Position numbers and translations under genes: made by a program. Shown here piece by piece: positions 28,875-38,597 of a stretch of DNA of 64,000 nt. How positions within the stretch are numbered: position 1 is the first letter of the stretch; every line of letters begins with the position of its first letter. The notes beneath the pieces are model-generated. The model had not been told where the DNA came from. It made no database searches and was given only the letters and a program-made list of their open reading frames with translations. Source of the DNA: Candidatus Aenigmatarchaeota archaeon (GTDB taxonomy: Archaea; Aenigmatarchaeota; Aenigmatarchaeia; GW2011-AR5); NCBI GenBank assembly GCA_016198685.1, contig JACQID010000004.1, positions 192,001-256,000 on the forward strand, in the 5' to 3' direction.

Positions 28875-30628
28875 CCGAAAATACCTTTGAGGAGCGATTC
28901 AAAGAATGCCAATATGGCGCTTATAATATTCCCGTTACCTTCCGGTGCATTGCTTTTTATTTCGAGAATGCCGTCATAACTGTATATTCCATTGCTCGCA
29001 ACAGAGACTTGCACAGCATGCTTGCCTCCGGTGGCAGCAAAAGTAAAGTTTGCCTGTGCATTGCGGCCCGAGTTTATTGTGATATCCTGTTTTTTTGAGT
29101 TCGAGCCCAGCGCAACTGAAACCACTGCAGTTCTTGAGGAATTAGCGATATTGGTCACGCCGATAGATATTGTGACATTCCCTTCAGATGCGTTTTCAGG
29201 CATTCTTACATTGATTATGAATTCTCTTTCCCTGGACACCTTGACTGTTTTTATATCAAGCCCCCCATCGGAGTAGAGATAGAAAACATTATTGCCGGGC
29301 CTTGGGAAGGAAAACTCCCATTCTTTGATTGTGCTCGCGCCAAGATCATCGTTGTAAAAGATGAAATCCTCTTCTGAATCCGCAACAAGGTATATTTTCT
29401 CGCCCGTAGCGGCCGTTTCAGGCCCGCTTATTGAAGGTGTTGCATAAACTTTTTCTTCGCCCGATATGCTTATTGTTTTTTGTGCCGAGCTTCCTGTCTG
29501 GCTGTATATGGTCACAGGACATGAGTACACGAATGTCGGCTTGAGGGATTCAGAAACGTTGAAGAACCAGTAGAGTTCACGGCTTCCGCATGCGAATACC
29601 TTTTTGGAAGGCTCATAAGGCAGCAAAACCTGGCCCCCTTCGCTGGCGCATGCGTTCATGCGCAATTCAGCTATCATGCATGTGCCTGTTGTGATGTTGG
29701 CTTTTATGTAACCTTTTTCTCCGGCGTTGAAATCTTTTGTTTCTATGCGTATGTGCGATACGTCGGACTCAGAATAATCAGCAAGGTCAAGAACATCGTC
29801 ATTTCGCACCCATTCAGCTTTCCCGCCATAGGTGCTGTATGTGAATGTCTCGCTCTGATTGGCATCCTGCTGATATGCGGTCACGACGTGCGTGGCATCA
29901 AGATAGCCCACTTGATTCCATGTGGGGTCAATAGGTATCCATGTGCCGTCTTCGGCCAGAATCTCAACCCATGTGTGACCGACAAGCTTGTTCTCTATTG
30001 ATGAATAGGCATATCCTATCACGTATCTTGTAGGTATGCCGGAAATTTTCAGGAGTGAAGAAAGCAAGTTTGCGAATTCTACGCATACTCCGCGTCTGTT
30101 ATCCATGACCCAGTCGCTGGGCTTCAATTCTCCTGCAAGGCTCAAATCATACGTAAGATAATCATGAACAAACATGGCAAGTTGGGATGCTCTTGTCAGC
30201 GTTCTCTCGTACGGGAATGCTGCATCCCGCATCTTATCATTGAACGTTATTTGTGCATTGCCTTTCAGGTAAGCGTCATTTGAGCCTAATTTCTTCATTG
30301 AAGTGTATATTGCGTTGTTTTTGACCGTGATTTCAACTTTATACGGTACATCCGCCGACCTGCTGCCCCATTCAAGAAGCAGCAGGCGGTTTCCATTGCT
30401 GTCATTTATGAGTCTCCAATTTTCTGCGTCAACTTTCAACGATTCTATGCCTTTCTGCGGTATTGAAACCGTGAGATTTGCGGATGCTATGCCGCCGTTC
30501 ATCTTTATTGTGCCGGACTTGATTATATGAAAAGTGGCTTCTGTAATGCGTTTTGGGTTGATGGATTCCTCTGCCAATGAAAATGGCAGACATAAGAGAA
30601 GCGCGATCAATAATGCGGCTTTCATCAT
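28871..30628 (-). CDS. Secreted transglutaminase-like domain protein
   Basis: Signal peptide; Cys-His-Asp triad GVCVEF / GHTWVE / IDPTW; C-terminal amphipathic tail. Confidence 0.85.
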   Translation of the reverse strand: MMKAALLIALLLCLPFSLAEESINPKRITEATFHIIKSGTIKMNGGIASANLTVSIPQKGIESLKVDAENWRLINDSNGNRLLLLEWGSRSADVPYKVEITVKNNAIYTSMKKLGSNDAYLKGNAQITFNDKMRDAAFPYERTLTRASQLAMFVHDYLTYDLSLAGELKPSDWVMDNRRGVCVEFANLLSSLLKISGIPTRYVIGYAYSSIENKLVGHTWVEILAEDGTWIPIDPTWNQVGYLDATHVVTAYQQDANQSETFTYSTYGGKAEWVRNDDVLDLADYSESDVSHIRIETKDFNAGEKGYIKANITTGTCMIAELRMNACASEGGQVLLPYEPSKKVFACGSRELYWFFNVSESLKPTFVYSCPVTIYSQTGSSAQKTISISGEEKVYATPSISGPETAATGEKIYLVADSEEDFIFYNDDLGASTIKEWEFSFPRPGNNVFYLYSDGGLDIKTVKVSREREFIINVRMPENASEGNVTISIGVTNIANSSRTAVVSVALGSNSKKQDITINSGRNAQANFTFAATGGKHAVQVSVASNGIYSYDGILEIKSNAPEGNGNIISAILAFFESLLKGIFG

Positions 30629-30673
30629 GTTATTTGGCTGGCGCTTATAAATATTGGCTGCATAGTATTAGCC

Positions 30674-31624
30674 ATGAACGATATATGGACTGAGAAGTAC
30701 AGGCCGCGTCTTTTGAAGGATATGCGCGGCCAAGAAAGCATAGTTTCTCGGCTTTCGGCCTTCATAAAGGAAGGCTCTCTGCCCCATTTGCTCTTTGCCG
30801 GTCCTGCAGGATCGGGCAAGACGACTGCATCTTTGTGCATTGCCCGCGAACTATATGGCGAAAGGTGGCATTCGAATTTTCTTGAATTGAACGCCTCTAA
30901 CGAGCGGGGGATCGACACGATCCGGGTCAAGGTGAAGGATTTTGCGAAGACGATCCCCATGGGAACGAAATTCAAGGTCATATACCTTGACGAAGCCGAT
31001 GCCTTGACACAGGATGCCCAGCACGCGCTTCGCAGAACGATGGAAAAATACTCAGAAACCACGCGTTTCATACTTGCATGCAATTACATGTCCAAGATAA
31101 TACCTCCCATACAGTCAAGATGCGCTGTTTTCCGTTTCTCACCGCTTTCTCGCGATGAAACCAAGGCTTTTCTCAAGGATATAGCAATTAAGGAAAACGC
31201 GGATGCCGAGGATTCTGCTTATGACGCCATACTTGACATTGCCGAAGGCGATATGCGTCGGGCGGTCAATGTCTTGCAGACGGCTTCAATTCTCAAGAAG
31301 AAAGTCACTGAAAAAACTGTCAATGAGGTGGCAGGAGGTGCAGATCCTGCTGCGGTAAAAATGATGCTCCAAAATGCTGTTTCTGGTGATTACAAGAAGG
31401 CAAGAGAAGCTCTTCTTGACCTAATACTCAAGCAAGGCTTCCAGGCAGAGGACATAATGAAAGAAGTATACCGGCAGATTCATTCGCTTGATGTTCCGGA
31501 CGAGCGAAAGCTTATTCTCATGGAAAAAGCCGGAGAATATGAGTTCCGCCTGACCGAAGGCTCTAATCCTAGAATACAGTTAGAAGCCATGCTGGCGAGT
31601 TTTGCCATCTCAAGAAAGCTATAA
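30674..31624 (+). CDS. rfcS: Replication factor C small subunit, intein-free
   Basis: WTEKYRP, GPAGSGKTT, ELNASNERG, LDEAD, SRC. Confidence 0.97.
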   Translation: MNDIWTEKYRPRLLKDMRGQESIVSRLSAFIKEGSLPHLLFAGPAGSGKTTASLCIARELYGERWHSNFLELNASNERGIDTIRVKVKDFAKTIPMGTKFKVIYLDEADALTQDAQHALRRTMEKYSETTRFILACNYMSKIIPPIQSRCAVFRFSPLSRDETKAFLKDIAIKENADAEDSAYDAILDIAEGDMRRAVNVLQTASILKKKVTEKTVNEVAGGADPAAVKMMLQNAVSGDYKKAREALLDLILKQGFQAEDIMKEVYRQIHSLDVPDERKLILMEKAGEYEFRLTEGSNPRIQLEAMLASFAISRKL

Positions 31625-31653
31625 AAAATGTATTTTCAGTTATAAAGTAGTAA

Positions 31654-31788
31654 GCCGGGGTAGCTCAGCGGTAGAGCGCCAGACTCATAATTCGTCCGAA
31701 AAAGGCGATTAACACTATGAGTTTCGAGCCCGAAAGGGCTGTGACATGGGATATCTGGAGGTCGCGAGTTCGAAACTCGCTCTCGGCA
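31654..31788 (+). tRNA. Elongator tRNA-Met(CAT) with 63-nt intron at 37/38 (intron 31690-31752)
   Basis: G1:C72 pair (not initiator); CCAGA/TCTGG anticodon stem; BHB helix CTCA/TGGG. Confidence 0.92.
31690..31752 (+). ncRNA. Putative intron-encoded box C/D-like guide RNA for Cm34 of tRNA-Met
   Basis: TATGAGT (31716-31722) is antisense to the anticodon loop and is followed by a k-turn: TCGA-GCCC-GAAA-GGGC-TGT-GA. Confidence 0.6.
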
Positions 31789-31926
31789 TTCAAACTCATA
31801 TTATTCCCTTATCATATGAATTATAATTCTCTCTATTAGATGCACTGCTTAAGCGTTGTCAAGGCTCTTGCCATTCTTTAATCATGCGATTTTCTTTTAA
31901 ATTAATAATAATTATTTAATTAATTC

Positions 31927-32676
31927 ATGGTGCTTCTTGAGAATCCGAGACTTCAGGATGCGGAGCAAGTGATAACCGAAAGCATACAAGCCGGCCGCAT
32001 GACGATAATTGTTGGAAAGTGCGTTGTTAATTATTACGGCCGTGCCGGTTCAGTGCTTCCTGAAGGCGAGAGGTTGATTATAATCAAGGAAGACGGCTCG
32101 GTTCTTGTTCATCAGAAGGACAAGTATACGCCTGTGAATTATCAGCCGACTGGCTGTAATGTTCAGTGCATCATCAAAGGCGATTCACTCGCCATAATGT
32201 CGCAGCGTAAGAGACCTAAGGAAGTTCTTCATGCATTTTTCAGCTCTATTCAATGCATAGCAAGCTTTGAGCTTCTTGATGATGAAAATATTACTCTGGT
32301 GGGATCAGAGCGGGATCTTGCTCTTCAGATATTCCAACAGCCTGATATGATAGAAAAAGGACTTAAGATCACAGAGATAGAAAAAGCGGTGAGTTCAGGA
32401 GAAATTGATCTTTTTGGAGAAGATTGCGAGGGTAAGCTTGTTATTATAGAACTCAAAAGAAAGAAAGTAGGCCTTGAATCAGTAAGCCAACTCAAGCGTT
32501 ATACCGACGAGATACGGGGTGCCTATGGCAATAGGGCTGTCAGGGGGATGCTTTGTGCGCCAGCTCTTACAAAAAATGCGATGAGGCTTCTGCAAGCCGA
32601 CGGTCTGGAATTTATAGAAATAAAACCCAGCATCATGACGTTCAAGAACGGTACGATGGGCGCCGGGAAACAATAG
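31927..32676 (+). CDS. nucS: Endonuclease NucS/EndoMS
   Basis: Y.GRA.S.L..GERLIIIK.DGSVLVH, PVNYQP, GEIDL, IELKR, QL.RY. Confidence 0.93.
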   Translation: MVLLENPRLQDAEQVITESIQAGRMTIIVGKCVVNYYGRAGSVLPEGERLIIIKEDGSVLVHQKDKYTPVNYQPTGCNVQCIIKGDSLAIMSQRKRPKEVLHAFFSSIQCIASFELLDDENITLVGSERDLALQIFQQPDMIEKGLKITEIEKAVSSGEIDLFGEDCEGKLVIIELKRKKVGLESVSQLKRYTDEIRGAYGNRAVRGMLCAPALTKNAMRLLQADGLEFIEIKPSIMTFKNGTMGAGKQ

Positions 32677-32709
32677 CTTTTTTTATATTGCGGCCGTGCA
32701 AATAATCGC

Positions 32710-33507
32710 ATGGACGTGACCAAGGCATCAGGCGAGCGCCAGCGGTTCCGGCCTGGCAAGATATACAACACGTGCAGGCGCGCAGGTGCTTCAAAAGAAA
32801 TTACCGACAAAATAGTTCAGGAAGTAAAGTCGAAGCTCTACGATGGCATGCCTACAAGCGAAATATCAAAGATAGTTCTCAGGATGCTGCGACCGGAGGT
32901 ATGTGCAGCTGCCAAATATCGCCTCAAGCAGGCGATAATGGAACTCGGTCCGGATGGCTTTGTCTTTGAGGAGTTCATAGCGTCGCTACTGCAGAGCTAT
33001 GGATTCAAGGCGCGGGTGGGGAGGATTTTCATGGGCAAATGCGTGGGGCATGAAGTTGACGTGCAGGCCGTGAAAGACAAGCGCTATATGGTGGAATGCA
33101 AATACCATAACTTTCGCGGTATCCATACTGACGTAAAGGTCGCAATGTATACAAATGCGCGTTTCCTTGATCTTTCGGAAGATTTTGACGCACCGTGGCT
33201 CATATGCAACACGAAGTTCACACCCGATGCCATAGCTTATGCCGAGTGTCAGGGGATAAAAATTACAGGATGGCGATATCCCGAAGGGTCTGGTCTGGAA
33301 TCCATGATAGAAGAGAAGAAGCATTATCCGGTGAGTGTATTACGTTCGGTTGACAGGAAGACAAGGAGTCTGCTGGCAGCAGCCGGCATAGTGACTGCCA
33401 GGGCCATTCTCGACAGCGGAGAGTCAGCGCTCAAAGAAGCAGGCATAGCTACTGACAAAACGCGGGCAATCATATCAGAAACCGAAAAAATCTGCGAATT
33501 ACAGTAA
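32710..33507 (+). CDS. ATP-cone + Mrr-like restriction endonuclease domain protein
   Basis: DVTKASGERQRF.P.KI ATP cone; HEVDV..MVECKYH. Confidence 0.85.
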   Translation: MDVTKASGERQRFRPGKIYNTCRRAGASKEITDKIVQEVKSKLYDGMPTSEISKIVLRMLRPEVCAAAKYRLKQAIMELGPDGFVFEEFIASLLQSYGFKARVGRIFMGKCVGHEVDVQAVKDKRYMVECKYHNFRGIHTDVKVAMYTNARFLDLSEDFDAPWLICNTKFTPDAIAYAECQGIKITGWRYPEGSGLESMIEEKKHYPVSVLRSVDRKTRSLLAAAGIVTARAILDSGESALKEAGIATDKTRAIISETEKICELQ

Positions 33508-33581
33508 AGCAGATATAACAAAATTAAGATGAAAAAAATTCCGGGCGGTGCCTTGCGGACCGCCCTGGAAAAGAAGAATCC

Positions 33582-34613
33582 TTATGACAGGATGTCAACG
33601 CCAAGTTCGCTATTGGAGTTCTTGGATGCGCGTCTTGCGCCCTGTCCAAGTATGTATGGCGACTTCACGCCTGTCACGATGGTTATCACATGGATTTTGC
33701 CCTGATATTCGGGCAGTATCCTTGCGCCCCACATGACCATGGCATCCTTGGACATGTTCTTGGATACAGTTTCGCCTATGGTATTAATCTCCTCAAGCTT
33801 CATGTCATCTCCACCGATGATCTGGATAAGGGCACCGGAAGCGCCGGAATAGTCAACGTCAAGCAATGGATGCGCCATGGCTTTGTTGATCGCTATCTGC
33901 GCTCTGTTGTGGCCTGCATCGCTTTCAGCTTCGCCTACGCCTATTGTTGCAACGCCGCCTGATCGCATTATTGTTCTCACGTCTGCATAGTCAAGGTTGA
34001 CAAGGGAAGGCTGGGAAATTGTTTCTGTTATGCCTTTTATCATCGTGGCTATCAGGTTGTCTGCGACGCCAAATGCCTCTTTAAGAGGCCTGTTCCCTAC
34101 CATTTCCACGAGTTTCTGGTTTTCTATTACGATGACGGTGTCACAGAATTCTCTAAGCTTGGCAAGGCCTTCTTCAGCTTTTACTATCCTTGCGCCTTCT
34201 ATCTTGAATGGCAGGGTGACTGTAGCTATGACAATTGTGCCCTGTTCCTTGGCTATGCTGGCTATGACTGGAGCAGAACCTGTTCCGGTTCCGCCTCCAA
34301 GACCGCACGTGAGGAACAGAAGGTCGCATCCCTGCAAAAGCTGCTTTATTGTCTCCTTTGATTCTTTGGCTGCTTTCTCGCCGACGTCAGGGTAGCCGCC
34401 TGCTCCCAACCCTCTGGTAAGATCCTTTCCAATCAATATTCTCTTGTGGGCTCTTGTCACGTTCAGGTGCTTAGCGTCTGTATTAGCTGCTATAGTGTTA
34501 GCGCCCTCTATGTTGAGGTCTGTCAATCTTGTTATGGTGTTGCAGCCTGCGCCTCCACAACCGACCACAACTATCCTCGCTTGATCCATTTGTATGTCAA
34601 AATCGTCTGCCAT
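33582..34613 (-). CDS. ftsZ: Cell division protein FtsZ
   Basis: [27 protein letters not shown]. Confidence 0.97.
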   Translation of the reverse strand: MADDFDIQMDQARIVVVGCGGAGCNTITRLTDLNIEGANTIAANTDAKHLNVTRAHKRILIGKDLTRGLGAGGYPDVGEKAAKESKETIKQLLQGCDLLFLTCGLGGGTGTGSAPVIASIAKEQGTIVIATVTLPFKIEGARIVKAEEGLAKLREFCDTVIVIENQKLVEMVGNRPLKEAFGVADNLIATMIKGITETISQPSLVNLDYADVRTIMRSGGVATIGVGEAESDAGHNRAQIAINKAMAHPLLDVDYSGASGALIQIIGGDDMKLEEINTIGETVSKNMSKDAMVMWGARILPEYQGKIHVITIVTGVKSPYILGQGARRASKNSNSELGVDILS

Positions 34614-35021
34614 GCATATTTCGCCTCCTATGTTTATTGAAATATATGTTGCAGTATAAAAATACTATTTATACCGGAAGCATATACTTCGCTTAAGGAG
34701 CTTCAAAAATAGTAACAACCAGAAGTTCATGCATGCTTGTTCAAATCTCTTGGTCGGGCTTTGAACAAGCTTATTTTTCTCTCCTACATAATATACTTTT
34801 CTATGCTCGAAGATTCATTTTAATAAAAGCCAATCCAATATCACTTATTCGAATCTAAATTTGGCGTTATTTATAGGCGAGATGTATTATAATGATGTGA
34901 AAAACGCCGAAAGAATAGAGAAACAATCAGCAGAAATGATGTCTATGCTTGTAGAAATGGAAAATTACATACATAAAGTTGTGAAATAGGATAGAAAGCT
35001 TCTTGAAAAATTGGCAAAATA

Positions 35022-35452
35022 TTAACCTATATATCCGTTTTTTAGCTCCTCTTCTATATGAATATCCATATCTTTATCTAGGTTTTCACTTTTCTGGCGG
35101 AGCCATGCTTCTATTTCTTCGCGGGTTTTCAAGCCTGCGGCGACTTCCACTATGAAATGATAGTCTTTAGCATAGTTCGTTTTCAAATGGAATTTATTTG
35201 TATAAAGTATGATTTTGATGAGAATGTATGTAGTTCTTTTGTTACCGTCAACAAATATATGATAATTGTATGCCATTTTGAGAAAGAAGCCGGCAAGTCC
35301 GGGAAAGATAGTGCATAATATGGCAATAAATGCTACTTCCCATCGCCAGAAAATCAGAAGGTTGCCACCGGCAGAATCAATGAAGGCAATCTTAATTTTG
35401 CTGCTTGGGAGATGGCAGAAATTATAAAAAACTTACACGAAGGAAAAGCCAT
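35022..35452 (-). pseudogene. Disrupted Fic/Doc toxin gene; intact 3' half is 35022-35276
   Basis: HIFVDGNKRT Fic motif; the N-terminal part appears inverted (see findings). Confidence 0.7.
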
Positions 35453-35577
35453 CAGAAAAATATCGCGTATTTTTTGTAGAAGCTCCTTTTGACTTGATGT
35501 CGTTATCTAAATATGATCATCGTTGTATAAAAGTCGTTGTAGGGAACCTATTTATTCAGCCGCGCAGAATTTTAAAT

Positions 35578-35955
35578 ATGAATAAGGTTTTGCCATCAAT
35601 AATATTCATAGTTCTGATATCCTTGCTTTACTTTACAGGCGGTTCTTTGAATTGTGTTTCAGTTGCAGGGTCGACAGAATGCTGGTCGTTTTCAGACAGA
35701 AATATAACCTCTGAATTTTGTGCTAATAATGCAACAACCTGTTTTGCAACGGTTAACGATCAGAGGTATAACGCCCATATATCTGTACTTCTGAAAGCCT
35801 GCGATAAAGCCAGAAATGAAAATTATGCAGTTGAGAGTACAAATGATGCTATAGAGAATACTTTGACCGGCCTATTTAATGAATCTATTGAAACAAGAAA
35901 TCTATGCGATAATGCTGCTCCCTATTTAGTTTATCGGGAATACGGCTTTTCCTGA
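35578..35955 (+). CDS. Secreted Cys-rich hypothetical protein (ORF track start 35494)
   Basis: Signal anchor MNKVLPSIIFIVLISLLYF followed by six Cys. Confidence 0.65.
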   Translation: MNKVLPSIIFIVLISLLYFTGGSLNCVSVAGSTECWSFSDRNITSEFCANNATTCFATVNDQRYNAHISVLLKACDKARNENYAVESTNDAIENTLTGLFNESIETRNLCDNAAPYLVYREYGFS

Positions 35956-36000
35956 AACATAAACTAATTTTAATCTCAAAATAGCAACTTGCATAAAGAT

Positions 36001-36252
36001 CTAACGTCTCTTATGTCTATCTTCTGGTACCGCGTCAAATTCTTTTTGTCTGCTTTTAATCCATTTTTTCATTGTATCAGGATTATTCATACCATCTTTC
36101 ATTTTTTTCATTGCTTCTATATGATCTTTATCATGCTTTTGATACATTTCCATGCCATGATTTTTGCTCATTTCGGCGATTTCATCAAATGTTTCGGCAT
36201 GAAACTCTTTCTCACAAGTTCCTCCGAGTTGCTTACATGTCATTGTTTTCAC
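36001..36252 (-). CDS. DUF1059-like small metal-binding protein
   Basis: MTCKQLGGTC..F.AET..E......H. Confidence 0.8.
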   Translation of the reverse strand: MKTMTCKQLGGTCEKEFHAETFDEIAEMSKNHGMEMYQKHDKDHIEAMKKMKDGMNNPDTMKKWIKSRQKEFDAVPEDRHKRR

Positions 36253-36354
36253 AGTATATCACCTTTCATTTGGCTAATGGATGTTGATTTTTAATATATA
36301 TTTACGTAGTGGTATTAAGCACAGGTTTTTATAAATTCGTCCCGAAGTCTTTAT

Positions 36355-37029
36355 ATGAAGATACTAGTTTTCTCGGCGCATCCTGATGATGCAGATTTCG
36401 GCTGCGGCGGGACGGTTGCAAAAAAAGCTGCTGAAGGCCACGAAATCCATTATGTAGTTGCGACTGGCGGCCAAAAAGGCAAACACGGTATAGACGCGTC
36501 TTCTGAACAGTTTGCCCTTATGCGGGAGGAAGAACAGCGAAACTCTGCTGCCATATTAGGCGTGAAAAGCGTGATGTTCCTGAAGTTTGTTGATGGCGAG
36601 CTCGAAAATAATGATGAGCTGAGGCGCTGGCTCGTCCATGCGATAAGAGAGAAGAAGCCTGACATTCTTATGTCCATGGATCCTTCTGCCCAAAAATTTG
36701 ATAGTGTCTACCGTTATCATAAAGATCATAGAACCATAGCTATGGCGGTATTTGATGCCGGATATCCTGCAGCCGGGAACAATAATTTTTATCCTGAGAC
36801 GGGAGAGCCTTGGACACCGAAGGAATTCTGGTTTTTTGGGGGAGAACCTAATCATCATGAAGATACGACAAGCTTCATCAATACAAAAATAATGGCATTG
36901 CTTTGCCATAAATCGCAGGTCAACCCTGAAGAAATGGAAAAATGGGTCCGGCAATGGGCAGAAGATACGGGAAAGAACGCCGGAATGCCATATGCAGAGG
37001 CGTTTAGAATATTAAGTTTCAATAGATAA
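36355..37029 (+). CDS. PIG-L/LmbE family N-acetylhexosamine deacetylase
   Basis: AHPDD, GQKG, REEEQ, HKDH. Confidence 0.92.
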   Translation: MKILVFSAHPDDADFGCGGTVAKKAAEGHEIHYVVATGGQKGKHGIDASSEQFALMREEEQRNSAAILGVKSVMFLKFVDGELENNDELRRWLVHAIREKKPDILMSMDPSAQKFDSVYRYHKDHRTIAMAVFDAGYPAAGNNNFYPETGEPWTPKEFWFFGGEPNHHEDTTSFINTKIMALLCHKSQVNPEEMEKWVRQWAEDTGKNAGMPYAEAFRILSFNR

Positions 37030-37061
37030 AGCTTAATTAGAGAGCAAAAGAGAGGATATAG

Positions 37062-37490
37062 ATGGAAAAGCTGAAGAGCAAGATAGTAGTGCTCAATTCG
37101 CTTCGATCCCATTTCTTTCTTGTTTTCAACGTGCCATTGCTCTTGATAATGCTTTATCTTGTAGCTTATGCGCCGAACGGCCATATACCCGGACTTCTTT
37201 TGATAGCAGGATTGTGGATTGTCATGATGCTTGTAATAAACAAGGTCGAAATACTTCAGAATTATGTGATTATAGAACCATGGGCGAGCGCGCTTTCTAA
37301 GGCCGGACTGAAATCCATAATAGAAAAGAAGCAGATAAAATCGGTTGAATATCTTCCTGGTGGCAGGTTCACAGGCGAGATGATAATTAAATATGTCGAT
37401 GATAGCAAGGAGAAGAAACTTTACGTGGGCATAACTGAGAATGGCGCAGGCGACATAAAGGTCATCCGGCACTTCTTCAGGAATAAATAA
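37062..37490 (+). CDS. Two-TM membrane protein with a small soluble domain
   Basis: Two hydrophobic helices; GAGG SD-like site. Confidence 0.6.
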   Translation: MEKLKSKIVVLNSLRSHFFLVFNVPLLLIMLYLVAYAPNGHIPGLLLIAGLWIVMMLVINKVEILQNYVIIEPWASALSKAGLKSIIEKKQIKSVEYLPGGRFTGEMIIKYVDDSKEKKLYVGITENGAGDIKVIRHFFRNK

Positions 37491-37517
37491 TAATTCATAC
37501 GACGGTGAAAATAAGCC

Positions 37518-38597
37518 ATGAAAGAAAGAATAAAGAAGATTTTTTCCTCGTCAAACGCCGATGCGTTCATAATAGTCAATGGTTCGCATCCGTCCCTTGA
37601 TCCTAATTTCTTCTATGCGAGTGGCATACTTTCAGGGGTATTCGAGCACTCGATGATAATTGCGCAAAAAGCCGGCAAGGCAACGCTGCTTACTTCCCGG
37701 CTGGAAGAGGATATAGCGAGAAAGGAGACATCTCTTGATGTTCAGGTCTTTGAGTCAAAAGAAACGAAGGAAGCTGCTATAAGGAGCCTGCTTTCCGGCA
37801 CAAAGGCAGTAGGACTGAGCGGCAGTTTCATCTCTTATAGGGATTTCAATCGGCTGTCTAAAATAATCAACGTGAAAATGAAAGATATGACAGCGGCCTT
37901 TGCCCATGCCCGTTCGATTAAAGACCCGAGGGAAATAAAATCAATAACTGCAGCCTGCAGGATATCTGCAAAGGCGGCAGAAGAGTTTCCCGGTTATCTC
38001 AAAGAAGGCGTCACGGAAAGGGAAATGGCAGCAAAGCTTGCCGAACTTCAGTACGCGTTTGGCGCGACAAGCATAGCATTCCCTCCTATAGTGGCTTTTG
38101 GCGAGAACGCTTCAAGGCCGCATCATACGGCTTCATTGCGGAAATTGAAGAAAAACGAATTTGTGCTGATAGATTTCGGGGCTGAATACATGCGATATGC
38201 CTCCGATCTTTCACGGACTTTTGTGTTTGGAAGGGCGTCTGAGACAATGAAATCGATGTATATGGCCGTGAAGGAAGCCCAGGATGCTGCGATGGATATC
38301 ATCCGAGAAGGCAAAAATGGAAGGGATGCTGACAGAGAGGCCCGCAGGATAATTGACAGAAATTTCAAAGGCAAATTCATCCATTCCTTAGGGCATGAGG
38401 TCGGCCTTGAAATTCATGACGGCGGTGTTCTGGGACCGAACGGCAGTTTCCCCCTTAAGAAAAACATGGTAGTCACGAATGAACCCGGAGTATATATCCC
38501 GCAGATTGGCGGCGTACGAATAGAGGATACGGTTCTTGTCGGCAAAGGCCGTCCGAAAATACTTACGGCTTCAAGCACGGATTTGCAGGAAATCTAA
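37518..38597 (+). CDS. pepQ: Xaa-Pro aminopeptidase/prolidase (M24B)
   Basis: PHH, IDFG..Y.SD..RT, HSLGHEVGLEIHD, TNEPGVY, GVRIED. Confidence 0.93.
   Translation: MKERIKKIFSSSNADAFIIVNGSHPSLDPNFFYASGILSGVFEHSMIIAQKAGKATLLTSRLEEDIARKETSLDVQVFESKETKEAAIRSLLSGTKAVGLSGSFISYRDFNRLSKIINVKMKDMTAAFAHARSIKDPREIKSITAACRISAKAAEEFPGYLKEGVTEREMAAKLAELQYAFGATSIAFPPIVAFGENASRPHHTASLRKLKKNEFVLIDFGAEYMRYASDLSRTFVFGRASETMKSMYMAVKEAQDAAMDIIREGKNGRDADREARRIIDRNFKGKFIHSLGHEVGLEIHDGGVLGPNGSFPLKKNMVVTNEPGVYIPQIGGVRIEDTVLVGKGRPKILTASSTDLQEI

Noticed and set aside
30674-31624. Inteins in RFC (and in SufB at 60416-61831)
   Set aside because: Normal protein lengths; the Walker A region and EGCTAP site are uninterrupted
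31690-31712. Second C/D motif (CCGA...GCGATTA) in the tRNA-Met intron guiding U39
   Set aside because: Flanking pairs are poor and the N+5 register does not land on an exon nucleotide
34660-35000. Protein-like open stretches on both strands between ftsZ and doc
   Set aside because: No convincing start or family motif; possibly a decayed gene, but it cannot be supported
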